Shown one piece after another: positions 38,568-47,700 of a stretch of 64,000 nucleotides of DNA. The position numbers and the translations under genes were made by a program. The stretch covers positions 21,392 to 85,391 of the forward strand of contig CAYWUV010000009.1 of NCBI GenBank assembly GCA_964461235.1. The letters are read 5' to 3'. Position 1 is the stretch's first letter. Each line of letters begins with the position of its first letter. Source of the stretch: an uncultured Bryobacterales bacterium (GTDB lineage: Bacteria > Acidobacteriota > Terriglobia > Bryobacterales > UBA6623). The notes below the pieces were generated by a model, which was not told the origin of the DNA, ran no database searches, and saw only the letters and a list, made by a program, of their open reading frames with translations.

Positions 38568-40193
38568 CTAGCGGAAAACCCAGTACAAGAGCGCGATCGT
38601 CAGGCACAGGAGTATCGATACGCTGCGGGGATCCACGCCGGAAGACATCCATTGTCTCGTCAGCGCCGCAAGAGGGTTTTCCCAGGTCAGTCCGTCGATC
38701 TTCTCCCTGGGCGGGGGCGGCGTCGCCTTGCTGACCGCGACGAACACGACGCTGCAGATCACCGTCATGTAGAACGCCTGCAGCATGAACGGGACACCCC
38801 ATCCGTTCGTGATGAGCTTGAACCCGTCGGCATCCTTGAAGTCGAGTACGAACGCCGTGGCACCCATCAGAAAGCCGAAGACCAACGTGGACACCGCGGC
38901 TGGCGCGGTGCCGCGCCGCCAGAACACGCCCCACACGAAGACTGTCGTGATGGCCGGGGCTAGTGCCGCGCCAATCTCCTGGACAGCCTCGAAAATGCTG
39001 GAGAACTTGTCCCCTTGTGTCGACCAAAGCATCGCGAGCAGCATGACTCCTACCGCGCTCCAACGGCCGATTCGGACTTGGGCATCGTCACTGGTGTTCG
39101 GGCGTACCCGGGCCACGATGTCCACAGCGAACAGTGTGGCGCAGCTGTTGAGAGCTGCCGCGATCGTGCTCATCAGGGCGGCCAGCAGCCCGGCGGAGAT
39201 CAGTCCCCGCAGACCCGTCGGCACCAGTTCCTGGATCAGGACTGGGAGCACCTGGTTGGCGTTGTCGCCGATCTCGGCACCATAGAGAACGTATCCGACA
39301 ACGCCCGGCATCACGAGGATGAATACAGGGAGGACCTTGATGAAGCCCGCGAAGAGCGGCCCGATCTGCGCGTCATGCTCTGACTTTGCCGCGAGGACCC
39401 GCTGCACGATGGTCTGGTCGGTGCACCAGTACCAGATGCCGAGCACGGGATATCCCAGCAGCACGGAGTACCAAGCAAGCCCGACGGAGTTATCCGTCCA
39501 GACCATGCTGAGCTGCCGCGGCCTGAGCCGCTCCTCAAACTCGGCCATCGTAGAGATACCCTGCTCCGGCAGCGCACCGATCGCCAGGACGGTGACCAGG
39601 ATGGATCCGCCGACCAGCAGCACCGTCTGGATGGTTTCCGTCACGACCACGGCCTTGAGACCGCCAAGGACCGTATAGATGCCGGTCACCACGGAAATGA
39701 TGAGGATGGAGGCAATCACGTCCACCCCGAAGAACTGCTCGAACACTGTGGCGCCGGCATAAAGGCTCATGCCGATATGGATGAAGAGGGCTCCGAGTAT
39801 TGCCATGAAAGCGAGGAAAGACCTGGCGGCCGCGTTGAACCGCCGCTCCAGGTACTCAGGAAGCGTCTCGATCCGGTTGCGGAAGTAGAACGGAGCGAAG
39901 AACAGCGAGAGGATGACTAGGGTGAAGGCGGCCATCCATTCGAAGTTTCCCCAGACCAGGCCTTCGTTGTAGCCGGATGCGGCCAGCCCGACGAGGTGGA
40001 TCGTCGAGATGTTGGAGGCGAACAGAGCGGCACCGATCATCCCCCAGCCAAGCGACCGTCCGGCCAGGAAGTATGCTTCTCCGGTCATTCTCTGCCGCCT
40101 GACCGAGAGCACTCCAACAGCGAGAATGCCGACCATGTAGGTGACGATGATGACGAAGTCGGCTACCGGGATTCGCAGCCCTAGTGTGTCCAT
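38568..40193 (-). CDS. Sodium:solute symporter (SSS/SGLT family)
   Basis: 541 aa, about 13-14 TM segments. SSS-type strings: YFLAGRSLGWGMIGAALFASNISTIHLVGLA, GGLKAVVVTETIQTVLL. Confidence 0.85.
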   Translation of the reverse strand: MDTLGLRIPVADFVIIVTYMVGILAVGVLSVRRQRMTGEAYFLAGRSLGWGMIGAALFASNISTIHLVGLAASGYNEGLVWGNFEWMAAFTLVILSLFFAPFYFRNRIETLPEYLERRFNAAARSFLAFMAILGALFIHIGMSLYAGATVFEQFFGVDVIASILIISVVTGIYTVLGGLKAVVVTETIQTVLLVGGSILVTVLAIGALPEQGISTMAEFEERLRPRQLSMVWTDNSVGLAWYSVLLGYPVLGIWYWCTDQTIVQRVLAAKSEHDAQIGPLFAGFIKVLPVFILVMPGVVGYVLYGAEIGDNANQVLPVLIQELVPTGLRGLISAGLLAALMSTIAAALNSCATLFAVDIVARVRPNTSDDAQVRIGRWSAVGVMLLAMLWSTQGDKFSSIFEAVQEIGAALAPAITTVFVWGVFWRRGTAPAAVSTLVFGFLMGATAFVLDFKDADGFKLITNGWGVPFMLQAFYMTVICSVVFVAVSKATPPPPREKIDGLTWENPLAALTRQWMSSGVDPRSVSILLCLTIALLYWVFR

Positions 40194-40241
40194 GAAACTC
40201 TCCGAGTGTACGGGGGCAAGCGGGCGGGTCGGGTCGGCCGA

Positions 40242-41072
40242 TCAACGTGGCCGCGGTGGGTCAGCCCAGTGGGCGGTCCGGTCGCGCCCGGCGACGACCA
40301 CTCCTTTCAGATTCCAGTCCAGATAGGCCCTCACGTCTGCGGCACAGTACCGAAGCGTGAGGCCGCAGCGACGTCGATCGGACTCGTTCGCCTCGGAACC
40401 GTGCAGCAGCAAGTCCGAATGCAGGGAAATCGCCCCCGCCCGGAGCACGTTGTCGAACGGCTCGCCGTACTGCTCGATGCCGGTCACCTTCTGGTTCAGC
40501 ACGGTCGTTGCGTCGGCATCATCGACCTCGAACCTCAGGGGACCCCGCAAGTGCGATCCCGGAACGAACCGCATGCACGCATTGGCCGTATCGGCGTCGT
40601 CAATCGCCAGCCAGACGGTCACCGTCTTTGTCGGCGTGAGCGGCCAGTACGTAGCGTCCTGGTGCCATGAAACCCGTTTGCCGTCGCGAGGCATCTTACA
40701 GAAGTAGTGGCAGCCCCATCCCACAACATTCTCGCCAAGCAGGTCGCTGACGCAGGCTACGATGCGTTTGTCTGTGAGCAGGTCGTAGGCGTCCCCGTAC
40801 CGCAGGTGGGCGGAACTGATGGAATAGCTGTCGGCACCCCCTGCCAGAACCTTCTCGAGCAGCTTGTCGAAGCGGGCGCGGATCACCCGCATCTCGCCTT
40901 CGGGAAAGATCGGGATCCCGGAGACAAACCCCCGGACATTGAACTCGGCAATCTGATCGTGGCTCAGGGAGCGGGGACTCTCGTTGCGCGCCGGATGGAA
41001 CGCCAGCAGCCGCTCGACGCGGTCCAGATCGTCCATGGCCGGAGTGATGGCAAAATCGTTCGAACGCTGCAT
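40242..41072 (-). CDS. Phytanoyl-CoA dioxygenase (PhyH) family Fe(II)/2-oxoglutarate oxygenase
   Basis: 276 aa. WHQDATYWPL (HxD), a later SLHSDLLLHGSEAN (distal His), and an RR..LTLRY tail. Confidence 0.8.
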   Translation of the reverse strand: MQRSNDFAITPAMDDLDRVERLLAFHPARNESPRSLSHDQIAEFNVRGFVSGIPIFPEGEMRVIRARFDKLLEKVLAGGADSYSISSAHLRYGDAYDLLTDKRIVACVSDLLGENVVGWGCHYFCKMPRDGKRVSWHQDATYWPLTPTKTVTVWLAIDDADTANACMRFVPGSHLRGPLRFEVDDADATTVLNQKVTGIEQYGEPFDNVLRAGAISLHSDLLLHGSEANESDRRRCGLTLRYCAADVRAYLDWNLKGVVVAGRDRTAHWADPPRPR

Positions 41073-41095
41073 CCCGACTCGCCGATCATAGCGCG

Positions 41096-42073
41096 GTGGC
41101 TTCGGGGCCGAGAGGGAAGGGCGGCGAGGGCAGCCTCCCGAAACAATTCCCGAACACGGTTGTTACAATTATTACGGACAGGGGCGGTCCAGTGACGCCC
41201 CCGGCTAGACCCACGGTGCTCCTTCGATTCAGTGCAGTAGCAGTGTGCGTTGCGTCGTCCCTATCGTGCGCCGTCCTCAAGACGACCACGAGGATTGCCC
41301 CGGACCCCGTCTACCGGACCGCGACCAAACAGGAGCTGATCGGCAGGATTCAGCGTATCGCATCGACCCAGTCCATGCGGGCGTCGGTCGAGGTGACCCT
41401 CACGGTTCAGAGCAACGAGAGGGACAAGGAGACCGAGTATCGCCACGTGAGAGGTGCTCTGGTAACTCGGCGGCCGGGCTTGATCCGGACGAATGCCGAG
41501 ACCCCAGGGGGCATCGCTGTCGTCTATGACATGGTCTCGAACGGCGAGGTGTTCCAAGTCCACCTCCCGTGGCGTAACCGCGTCTACGAGGGGCGGACAG
41601 AACTGGCCCACATTTCTGACAACCGTGCGGAGAACATCCGTCCACAGCACATGCTGGATGCGATCATGCTGGAGCCGATCGGGTCCGACAGCAAGGTTCT
41701 GCTCGATTTCAATTCGCTCGGCCAGTCCGGATACCAAGTTCTTCATGTGGTGGAGGCGGACGCCAGCGGCGAGTGGCATATCCGCCGGAAGTACTGGTTC
41801 AGTCGATCTGACCTCTCGCTCTCGCGCATGATGATTCTCGACGATCAGGCGGACCTAGTCACCGACGCTTGGTACCGCACTTGGCTCGAGGACAGCGGCT
41901 TGCCGTACCCGCAGTACATTCGAATCGAGCGCCCCAAGGATGGCTATCGGCTAGAAATCGAGATTCTCAAGCCGGGCCTGAACCAGCCAGTGCCGGACGA
42001 GTCGTTCCGGCTCGAACTGCCCGCCGGCATCGCGATCGAGCGAATCGGCAGCCAGTCGGCGTCGAACTCGTAA
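41096..42073 (+). CDS. LolA/LolB-fold (outer-membrane lipoprotein-sorting-like, DUF4292-like) lipoprotein
   Basis: Lipobox VASSLSCAV. An in-frame GTG at 41192 is a likelier start than 41096. The protein is beta-rich with a C-terminal ...FRLELPAGIAIERIG typical of LolA-like proteins, and it sits directly upstream of a MacB/LolCDE-type ABC pair. The family call is from pattern and context only. Confidence 0.45.
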   Translation: MASGPRGKGGEGSLPKQFPNTVVTIITDRGGPVTPPARPTVLLRFSAVAVCVASSLSCAVLKTTTRIAPDPVYRTATKQELIGRIQRIASTQSMRASVEVTLTVQSNERDKETEYRHVRGALVTRRPGLIRTNAETPGGIAVVYDMVSNGEVFQVHLPWRNRVYEGRTELAHISDNRAENIRPQHMLDAIMLEPIGSDSKVLLDFNSLGQSGYQVLHVVEADASGEWHIRRKYWFSRSDLSLSRMMILDDQADLVTDAWYRTWLEDSGLPYPQYIRIERPKDGYRLEIEILKPGLNQPVPDESFRLELPAGIAIERIGSQSASNS

Positions 42074-42086
42074 CCCGGACTTCGCC

Positions 42087-43178
42087 ATGATCCAACGACT
42101 CGTGCTGCGCAACCTGTCCCACAGGCCCGTGCGGACCGGCCTTACGATCCTGGCGATCGCCGTCGAGGTCATGATGATCGTCATGATGGTCGGGGTCTCA
42201 GAGGGCCTGCTCCAAGAATCGCTGCGCCGGACCCAAGGGGTCGGCGCGGACATTCTCATCCGGCCCAAGATTGAAGGCGCAACGATCAGTGGCGCCGATC
42301 TGTCCGGACAGCTTCCGAGGGTGTTGATGGACAACGTGGACGGGATCGCCCAGGCTCTGGGGGCCACCGTATTCACGATTGGCAACCTGCAAACCATCAC
42401 GGGAGTCGACTGGGACGGTCTGGACCGCATGAGCGGCGGCATCGTGATCTTCGAGGGACGCCCATACGAGGCACCGTATGAAGCTCTCGTGGACGAGATG
42501 TATGCCCAGCAGCAGGACGTGGAAGTCGGGGAGGCCATCGAGTTGATGGGCCACGACTTCGAGGTCGTGGGCATCGTGGAAACCGGCAAAATGTCACGGG
42601 TGTTCATCCCGCCCGCAACCATGGCCGACCTCCAGGGCTGGGGCGACCGGCTCAGCCAGATCTACTTGAAACTAGAGGACTCCGCAATTGCGGGAGAGGT
42701 GATCGAGACGTTGCGTGCGATGATGCCCGACCGGACGGTGATTTCCGTAGAGGACTTCCTCGCCCTCACCGCCACCAACGTTCGCCAGATGTCGTCCCAG
42801 TTTGTCAACATTATCATTTCGATCGCAGTGGTGATCGGCTTCATCGTGGTGATGCTGGCCATGTATACGGCCATCCTCGAGCGCACCCGGGAAATCGGGA
42901 TCCTGAAGGCAATCGGCGCCTCGAAGCGATTCATTGGAACGATCGTGGTGCGGGAAACGATCGTGATCAGCGTGCTCGGCATTCTGCTCGGGTACTGTTT
43001 CAGTGTGCTGGGTCAGCGATTGATAGGGATCAAGTATCCCCTGGTACCTGTCTTCCTGCTCCCCGATTGGATGGCAGGAGCGGCGGTGCTCACGATTCTC
43101 GGGTCTGTCGCGGGAGCGACTTACCCAGCGTGGAAGGCAGCGAAAGCGGACCCCTGCGATGTTCTTACCTACGAATAG
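42087..43178 (+). CDS. ABC transporter permease, FtsX/MacB-type
   Basis: 363 aa. N-terminal TM (LRNLSHRPVRTGLTILAIAVEVMMIV), a periplasmic domain, then the FtsX core (AILERTREIGILKAIGASKRFIGTIVVRETIVISVLG). Confidence 0.85.
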   Translation: MIQRLVLRNLSHRPVRTGLTILAIAVEVMMIVMMVGVSEGLLQESLRRTQGVGADILIRPKIEGATISGADLSGQLPRVLMDNVDGIAQALGATVFTIGNLQTITGVDWDGLDRMSGGIVIFEGRPYEAPYEALVDEMYAQQQDVEVGEAIELMGHDFEVVGIVETGKMSRVFIPPATMADLQGWGDRLSQIYLKLEDSAIAGEVIETLRAMMPDRTVISVEDFLALTATNVRQMSSQFVNIIISIAVVIGFIVVMLAMYTAILERTREIGILKAIGASKRFIGTIVVRETIVISVLGILLGYCFSVLGQRLIGIKYPLVPVFLLPDWMAGAAVLTILGSVAGATYPAWKAAKADPCDVLTYE

Positions 43179-43212
43179 GCCGGGGCGAGCGCAACCGGTG
43201 CCAAGGCACCCG

Positions 43213-43875
43213 ATGATCCAGATCAGGGACCTGAAGAAGGTATATCGCTTTGGCACGGTCGATGTGCCGGCGCTGCGGGGCGTTTCTCTCGATGTGGAAC
43301 CGGGCGAATTCCTGGCGGTCCTGGGACCGTCAGGCTCAGGGAAGTCCACCCTGTTCCACATTGTCGGAGGCATGCTCGCCCCGACCAGCGGTACGGTCCG
43401 GATTGCGGGGCGCGACCTGGCCAGCCTCTCTGACGCACAGCGCACGGAGATGCGGAAGACCGACGTAGGGTTCGTGTTCCAGCGGTTCAACCTGCTGCCC
43501 ACGCTGAACGCTGAGGAGAACATACGGATCGCGCAACACATCGCCGGCACGCTCGATACCGATAATGGCCATTTCGACCACGTGGTGCGCATCCTCGGGA
43601 TCGGGCACCGGCTGCGGCATAAGCCTTACGCCTTGTCGGGCGGCGAGCAGCAGCGCATCGCGATCGCGCGCGCCATCGTGAACAAGCCCCGAATCCTGCT
43701 GGCGGACGAGCCCACCGGTAACCTCGATTCGGAGAACTCGACGGCCGTGCTCGACACCCTCAAGTCGCTCAATGAAAAATTGGGCCAAACCGTCCTGATG
43801 ATCACGCACAATCCCGACGCTGCGAACTATTGCTGCAGCCGCATCGTCCACATGAAGGACGGCCGGATTAGCTGA
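43213..43875 (+). CDS. ABC transporter ATP-binding protein, MacB/LolD-type
   Basis: ATG at 43213 (MIQIRDLKKVYRFG). Walker A GPSGSGKST, Q-loop FVFQRFNLLP, signature LSGGEQQRIAIARA, Walker B ILLADEPTGNLD. Confidence 0.9.
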   Translation: MIQIRDLKKVYRFGTVDVPALRGVSLDVEPGEFLAVLGPSGSGKSTLFHIVGGMLAPTSGTVRIAGRDLASLSDAQRTEMRKTDVGFVFQRFNLLPTLNAEENIRIAQHIAGTLDTDNGHFDHVVRILGIGHRLRHKPYALSGGEQQRIAIARAIVNKPRILLADEPTGNLDSENSTAVLDTLKSLNEKLGQTVLMITHNPDAANYCCSRIVHMKDGRIS

Positions 43876-43899
43876 CTGGCCAGCGGGAGCGCGGATCCG

Positions 43900-46134
43900 T
43901 CAGTCACCGTATACCCGCCGGTACATCTCGCGGTTCCGGATCACGGACTGCACGTACCCGCGGGTCTCGCTGAACGGAATCGTTTCCACGAACTCGGCAG
44001 GCTCTCGGAACGGACCGAGTTTCATCCACTGGGGGATCCGGCGGTCGCCGGCATTGTAGCCCGCCAGCGCCTTCTCCAGTTCGCCGCCGAATTTCGCCAG
44101 CACTTCCTTCAGGTGGAACGTGCCGAGGCGGAGACTCAAGTCCGGGCTGGTCAGCTTGCGACTCGAAAAGCCGGGAATGCCAAGCCGACGGAACAGGCCC
44201 CGGCCGGTGGACGGCATGATCTGCATCAGCCCGAGCGCCCCGGCACCGGATCGTGCGTGGGGATGATACTCCGATTCCTGGCGGATCAAGGCGGCCACCA
44301 AGTACGGATCCAAGCCGTGTCGCTCTGACCGCGACCGGAGGCTCCCCTCCCAACCAAGCGGGAACAGGTAGCGCCAATACTCCCCGTCCAGGGCTTCGAA
44401 TGGGATGCGCAGGTACCCGAACGCGTACCGTTTCATCGCGCGGAGCGCCAAATAGTGCCGGTCCTGGCTGGAATGGAGCCTGCCCAGTTGGAGTCCGGCG
44501 AAGTGCGAGTCGGGCTGACGGAAGTCCACCTCCGACAAGACCTGGCTGGCTTCCTGATCCATCCCCAGCTGGGCCAGCGTGCGGCCAACGTCTAGGATGG
44601 CCCGCGTGCTGGCCCGCATCTCGGTGGACAGATCCCTCGGTGCCGGAACGTGCCCAGCTAGTTTGCGAACCAAGCTTCCGTCCGCGGTCCCGTGAGTCCG
44701 GTTCAGACGCTCCCGTGCCAGGGACGAATAGTAGTAATGCGGGAATCCATCCGCGATCACCTGGTAGCAAGCCCGGGCCTCGGCCGTTCGACCCTCGCGC
44801 TCATGCAACCGCCCGAGCCAATACAGGGCAGTCGCAGCCGTCACCGAGCCGGGGTAGTCTTGGAAGTGTTCCGTCAGTAGGCGGCGTCTGTCGGGCGAGC
44901 CGTCCAGCCAAGCCCTCCATGTGACCTTCCAGTGGGCGTAGGGCGCGTGCTTCCCTTCGGGAAAGGCCTGCACCAGGCGCTTGAAGATCCGAGGGTACTC
45001 GCGACGATCATCCCGCAGATAGTAGTAGTTGCCCACTGACAGGAGAGCTTCCTGGTACCAGGGCGAGGCGGCGTGGAGGTCAGCGAGCTTCGCCAGGCTC
45101 GACCGCATCGGCCCGACCATGCCCTTCCGGCGCTCGATAGCGGCCAGCAGGTAGAGCCTCTGCGCGTCGAGTTCGGGATCGCTGGGACGGGCCCTGGCAA
45201 GGGCCGAGTAGGCGGCGGAGTCGCTACGCCGACGATAGTCTGCGGCCCCTCTGCGGATGACCGCCCGGTCGCGCTTGGAGCCGGAAAGGCCCGCGCCGAG
45301 AGCGCGAGTGAATTCTGCGGAAGCCCTCCGGTAGCTTTTCCCATCCAGGAGCGCCTCCGCCCTAGCCAGCCGCCAGTCCGCCGGAGCAGGAGGATATGCG
45401 CGCCCCATGCTCGAACGAAGCCTGTCCAAGTAGGACTCGGCGGCATCGGCCTGATCGCTGAACGGGTAGTAGTAGTAGGCTCTCCGATACAGTTTGATCG
45501 CTTCCAGACGGTTCCCCTCGAGATGCTCGAGGCGGCCGGCCAGGTACAGACGCACCGGCTCATCGAACCGACCGGTCCCGGGAGCGAGCAGCGGCCGTGC
45601 CTCGTCGCGCCGGCCGAGCCGGAGCAGACTCTCGACGCGGAGCCGTTCGGCGGCCGGCCTGAAACGACTCGCAGGAAACTGTCTGACGAAGTCGCTTAAC
45701 GGCTCCAGTGCCGTCTCGAAAGCCTCGTCCAGTACGATGCACCGGACCCGATAGTAGCCGGCATATTCCCGGAGCCAGCCGAGACTGTCGCCGATTTCCG
45801 AGAAAGACTCCTCGGCGGCCGGATACTCCTTGCTGCCGTAACGGGCCATCCCGATCGAGAACAGCGCGAGGTCGCGCTCGTGGCCGGCAGCGCGATCCGC
45901 GAATTCCTGCAGGGACTCGAATCTCGCAGCGGTGGGCTCGTCGAAAAGGGGCTGGGTGAGTTCGCTCAGCTGGGCAGATACCAGCGAGGCCGCCAGGGAC
46001 CAAGGCGCGAACGCGACGGCGAGAAGCCACGGCAAGACGGAACGAAAGCCCTGCGCTCGGCTGTGAGGGGGCAGTCCCCGCACCGGCTGATCCTCAAGGT
46101 TGCCGGTCGCGTCACGTACCGTTCCGATCTCCAT
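43900..46134 (-). CDS. Soluble lytic murein transglycosylase (Slt70-like: superhelical TPR-like N-domain + SLT domain)
   Basis: 744 aa. The C-terminal SLT catalytic block is ALIRQESEYHPHARSGAGALGLMQIMPSTG ... AGYNAG. The N-terminal region is long and helical. Confidence 0.85.
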   Translation of the reverse strand: MEIGTVRDATGNLEDQPVRGLPPHSRAQGFRSVLPWLLAVAFAPWSLAASLVSAQLSELTQPLFDEPTAARFESLQEFADRAAGHERDLALFSIGMARYGSKEYPAAEESFSEIGDSLGWLREYAGYYRVRCIVLDEAFETALEPLSDFVRQFPASRFRPAAERLRVESLLRLGRRDEARPLLAPGTGRFDEPVRLYLAGRLEHLEGNRLEAIKLYRRAYYYYPFSDQADAAESYLDRLRSSMGRAYPPAPADWRLARAEALLDGKSYRRASAEFTRALGAGLSGSKRDRAVIRRGAADYRRRSDSAAYSALARARPSDPELDAQRLYLLAAIERRKGMVGPMRSSLAKLADLHAASPWYQEALLSVGNYYYLRDDRREYPRIFKRLVQAFPEGKHAPYAHWKVTWRAWLDGSPDRRRLLTEHFQDYPGSVTAATALYWLGRLHEREGRTAEARACYQVIADGFPHYYYSSLARERLNRTHGTADGSLVRKLAGHVPAPRDLSTEMRASTRAILDVGRTLAQLGMDQEASQVLSEVDFRQPDSHFAGLQLGRLHSSQDRHYLALRAMKRYAFGYLRIPFEALDGEYWRYLFPLGWEGSLRSRSERHGLDPYLVAALIRQESEYHPHARSGAGALGLMQIMPSTGRGLFRRLGIPGFSSRKLTSPDLSLRLGTFHLKEVLAKFGGELEKALAGYNAGDRRIPQWMKLGPFREPAEFVETIPFSETRGYVQSVIRNREMYRRVYGD

Positions 46135-46786
46135 TCGCCTTGTCCCCCTGTCTTGAACCCAGAGCCTCGATCCACGCCTCGGCCGTCAGGACCAGAGCCT
46201 CGATCGCAGCCGGTCGGACCTGCTCGCCATCGACAAGCAGGATGCCGAGAACGGTGTCCCTCAGGATCAGCGGATACACGCTGACCTGATCGTCGTCCGC
46301 GTATGCGAGACGCTGGCAAAGAGCGTGGGATAGGTTGTGGTGCGTCGCCTGGGTGACCACGGTATCCCTTGACTCGACGGCGTGGGCGATGGCGGGTGCC
46401 GACGCCACTTCGATCGACAGCCCTGCCAGTTCGGACGAATCCGGATGCTGGCTGTTCCCAGACGAGCGAAACCCGATGGCTTTCCCGCCGCTGTAAAGCA
46501 GCATCGTCGCCCGCCGGCAAGAGCGTGACGCCGTGTCCACCAGTTCCGTCAGGGCCGATGTAGGATCCTTGGCCGCATGGATTCTCCGGATTGAATCAGC
46601 AATTCCGTCGAGCAGTTCGTTCAGTTCCGATTCGGCTGCGTCGCTCGCTGCCGTGAAGCGTTCTTCCGCAGCCCGCTCCATACCATCGACGACACGGCCC
46701 AACTCCTCGGCGAGACGGACCGAATGGCTCTCGCAAATCGACTTGATTTCGTCCCGGAAGGACAGGCGGAATCCTCCTGTGAGCAA
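46112..46786 (-). CDS. Hypothetical protein, coiled-coil N-terminus + GAF-like C-terminal half
   Basis: 224-aa ORF that overlaps the slt start by 23 nt. No strong motif. The C-terminal pattern (...VYPLILRDTVLGILLVDGE...) resembles GAF-domain ends. Confidence 0.3.
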   Translation of the reverse strand: MLTGGFRLSFRDEIKSICESHSVRLAEELGRVVDGMERAAEERFTAASDAAESELNELLDGIADSIRRIHAAKDPTSALTELVDTASRSCRRATMLLYSGGKAIGFRSSGNSQHPDSSELAGLSIEVASAPAIAHAVESRDTVVTQATHHNLSHALCQRLAYADDDQVSVYPLILRDTVLGILLVDGEQVRPAAIEALVLTAEAWIEALGSRQGDKANGDRNGT

Positions 46787-46892
46787 GCCCCGGACCGCGA
46801 CCGGGCGTAGAGTGCTATTTTAGCGAATAGGGTCGGTACAAGCCTCGGAGAACGGCTCGGACCGCCAATACTCGCATCATTTTTACCAAGAA

Positions 46893-47600
46893 ATGATTGA
46901 TCTCAATGGACAGCTCGCCATCGTCACGGGTGGCAGCCGGGGCATCGGACGAGCGATTTCCGAGGCCCTGCTGGCACAGGGGGCTAGAGTAGCGATCTGC
47001 GGCCGGGACGAAACCAGTCTTGCAGCGGCAGTCCGGGATCTCAACAAATCCGGACACGCGGTCGGCTGCGGGTGCGACGTCTCGCAATGGAGCCAGGTCG
47101 AGAGATTCTACGCGTTCGTTGACCGGGAGCTTGGCGGCGTGGACATCCTGGTCAACAACGCCGGCGTGGGCCGATTCGGCCCCGTCGACGAATTGGAGCC
47201 AAGCGAATGGGACGAGGTGATCGGCACGAACCTGAGCGGGCCATTCTACTGCTCCCGACTGGCCGTGCCACGCATGAAGCGGCGTGGCGGCGGGTTCATC
47301 CTCAACATAGGAAGCCTAGCCGGCAAGCATCCATTCGCTTCCGGGGCAGCTTACAACGCCTCCAAGTTCGGCTTGGCGGGCTTTACCGAGGCTATGATGC
47401 TGGATCTGCGCTACGCGAACGTCCGCGTCAGCACCATCATGCCCGGGAGCGTTAGCACGGGGTTCCGATCCGGGACGAAGAACGCAGACTGGAAACTCGA
47501 TCCGGCTGCGATCGCATCCATGGCGATCCACTTGTTCCGCACGCCGGCACGCAATCTCGCAAGTCGCGTGGAGATGCGGCCGAGCCAGCCCCGCCGGTAG
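46893..47600 (+). CDS. Short-chain dehydrogenase/reductase (SDR)
   Basis: 235 aa. TGGSRGIG cofactor motif, NNAG, and the catalytic S...YNASK. Confidence 0.9.
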   Translation: MIDLNGQLAIVTGGSRGIGRAISEALLAQGARVAICGRDETSLAAAVRDLNKSGHAVGCGCDVSQWSQVERFYAFVDRELGGVDILVNNAGVGRFGPVDELEPSEWDEVIGTNLSGPFYCSRLAVPRMKRRGGGFILNIGSLAGKHPFASGAAYNASKFGLAGFTEAMMLDLRYANVRVSTIMPGSVSTGFRSGTKNADWKLDPAAIASMAIHLFRTPARNLASRVEMRPSQPRR

Positions 47601-47700
47601 TCCGGCGGCAACCCGCCGACAATGACAGGATCGGAAGGGCCTCGTCCCTGCAGCCGAGAGCTTCGTCACGAGGACTGCGGAGAGAGGTCCGGGAGTTCGT

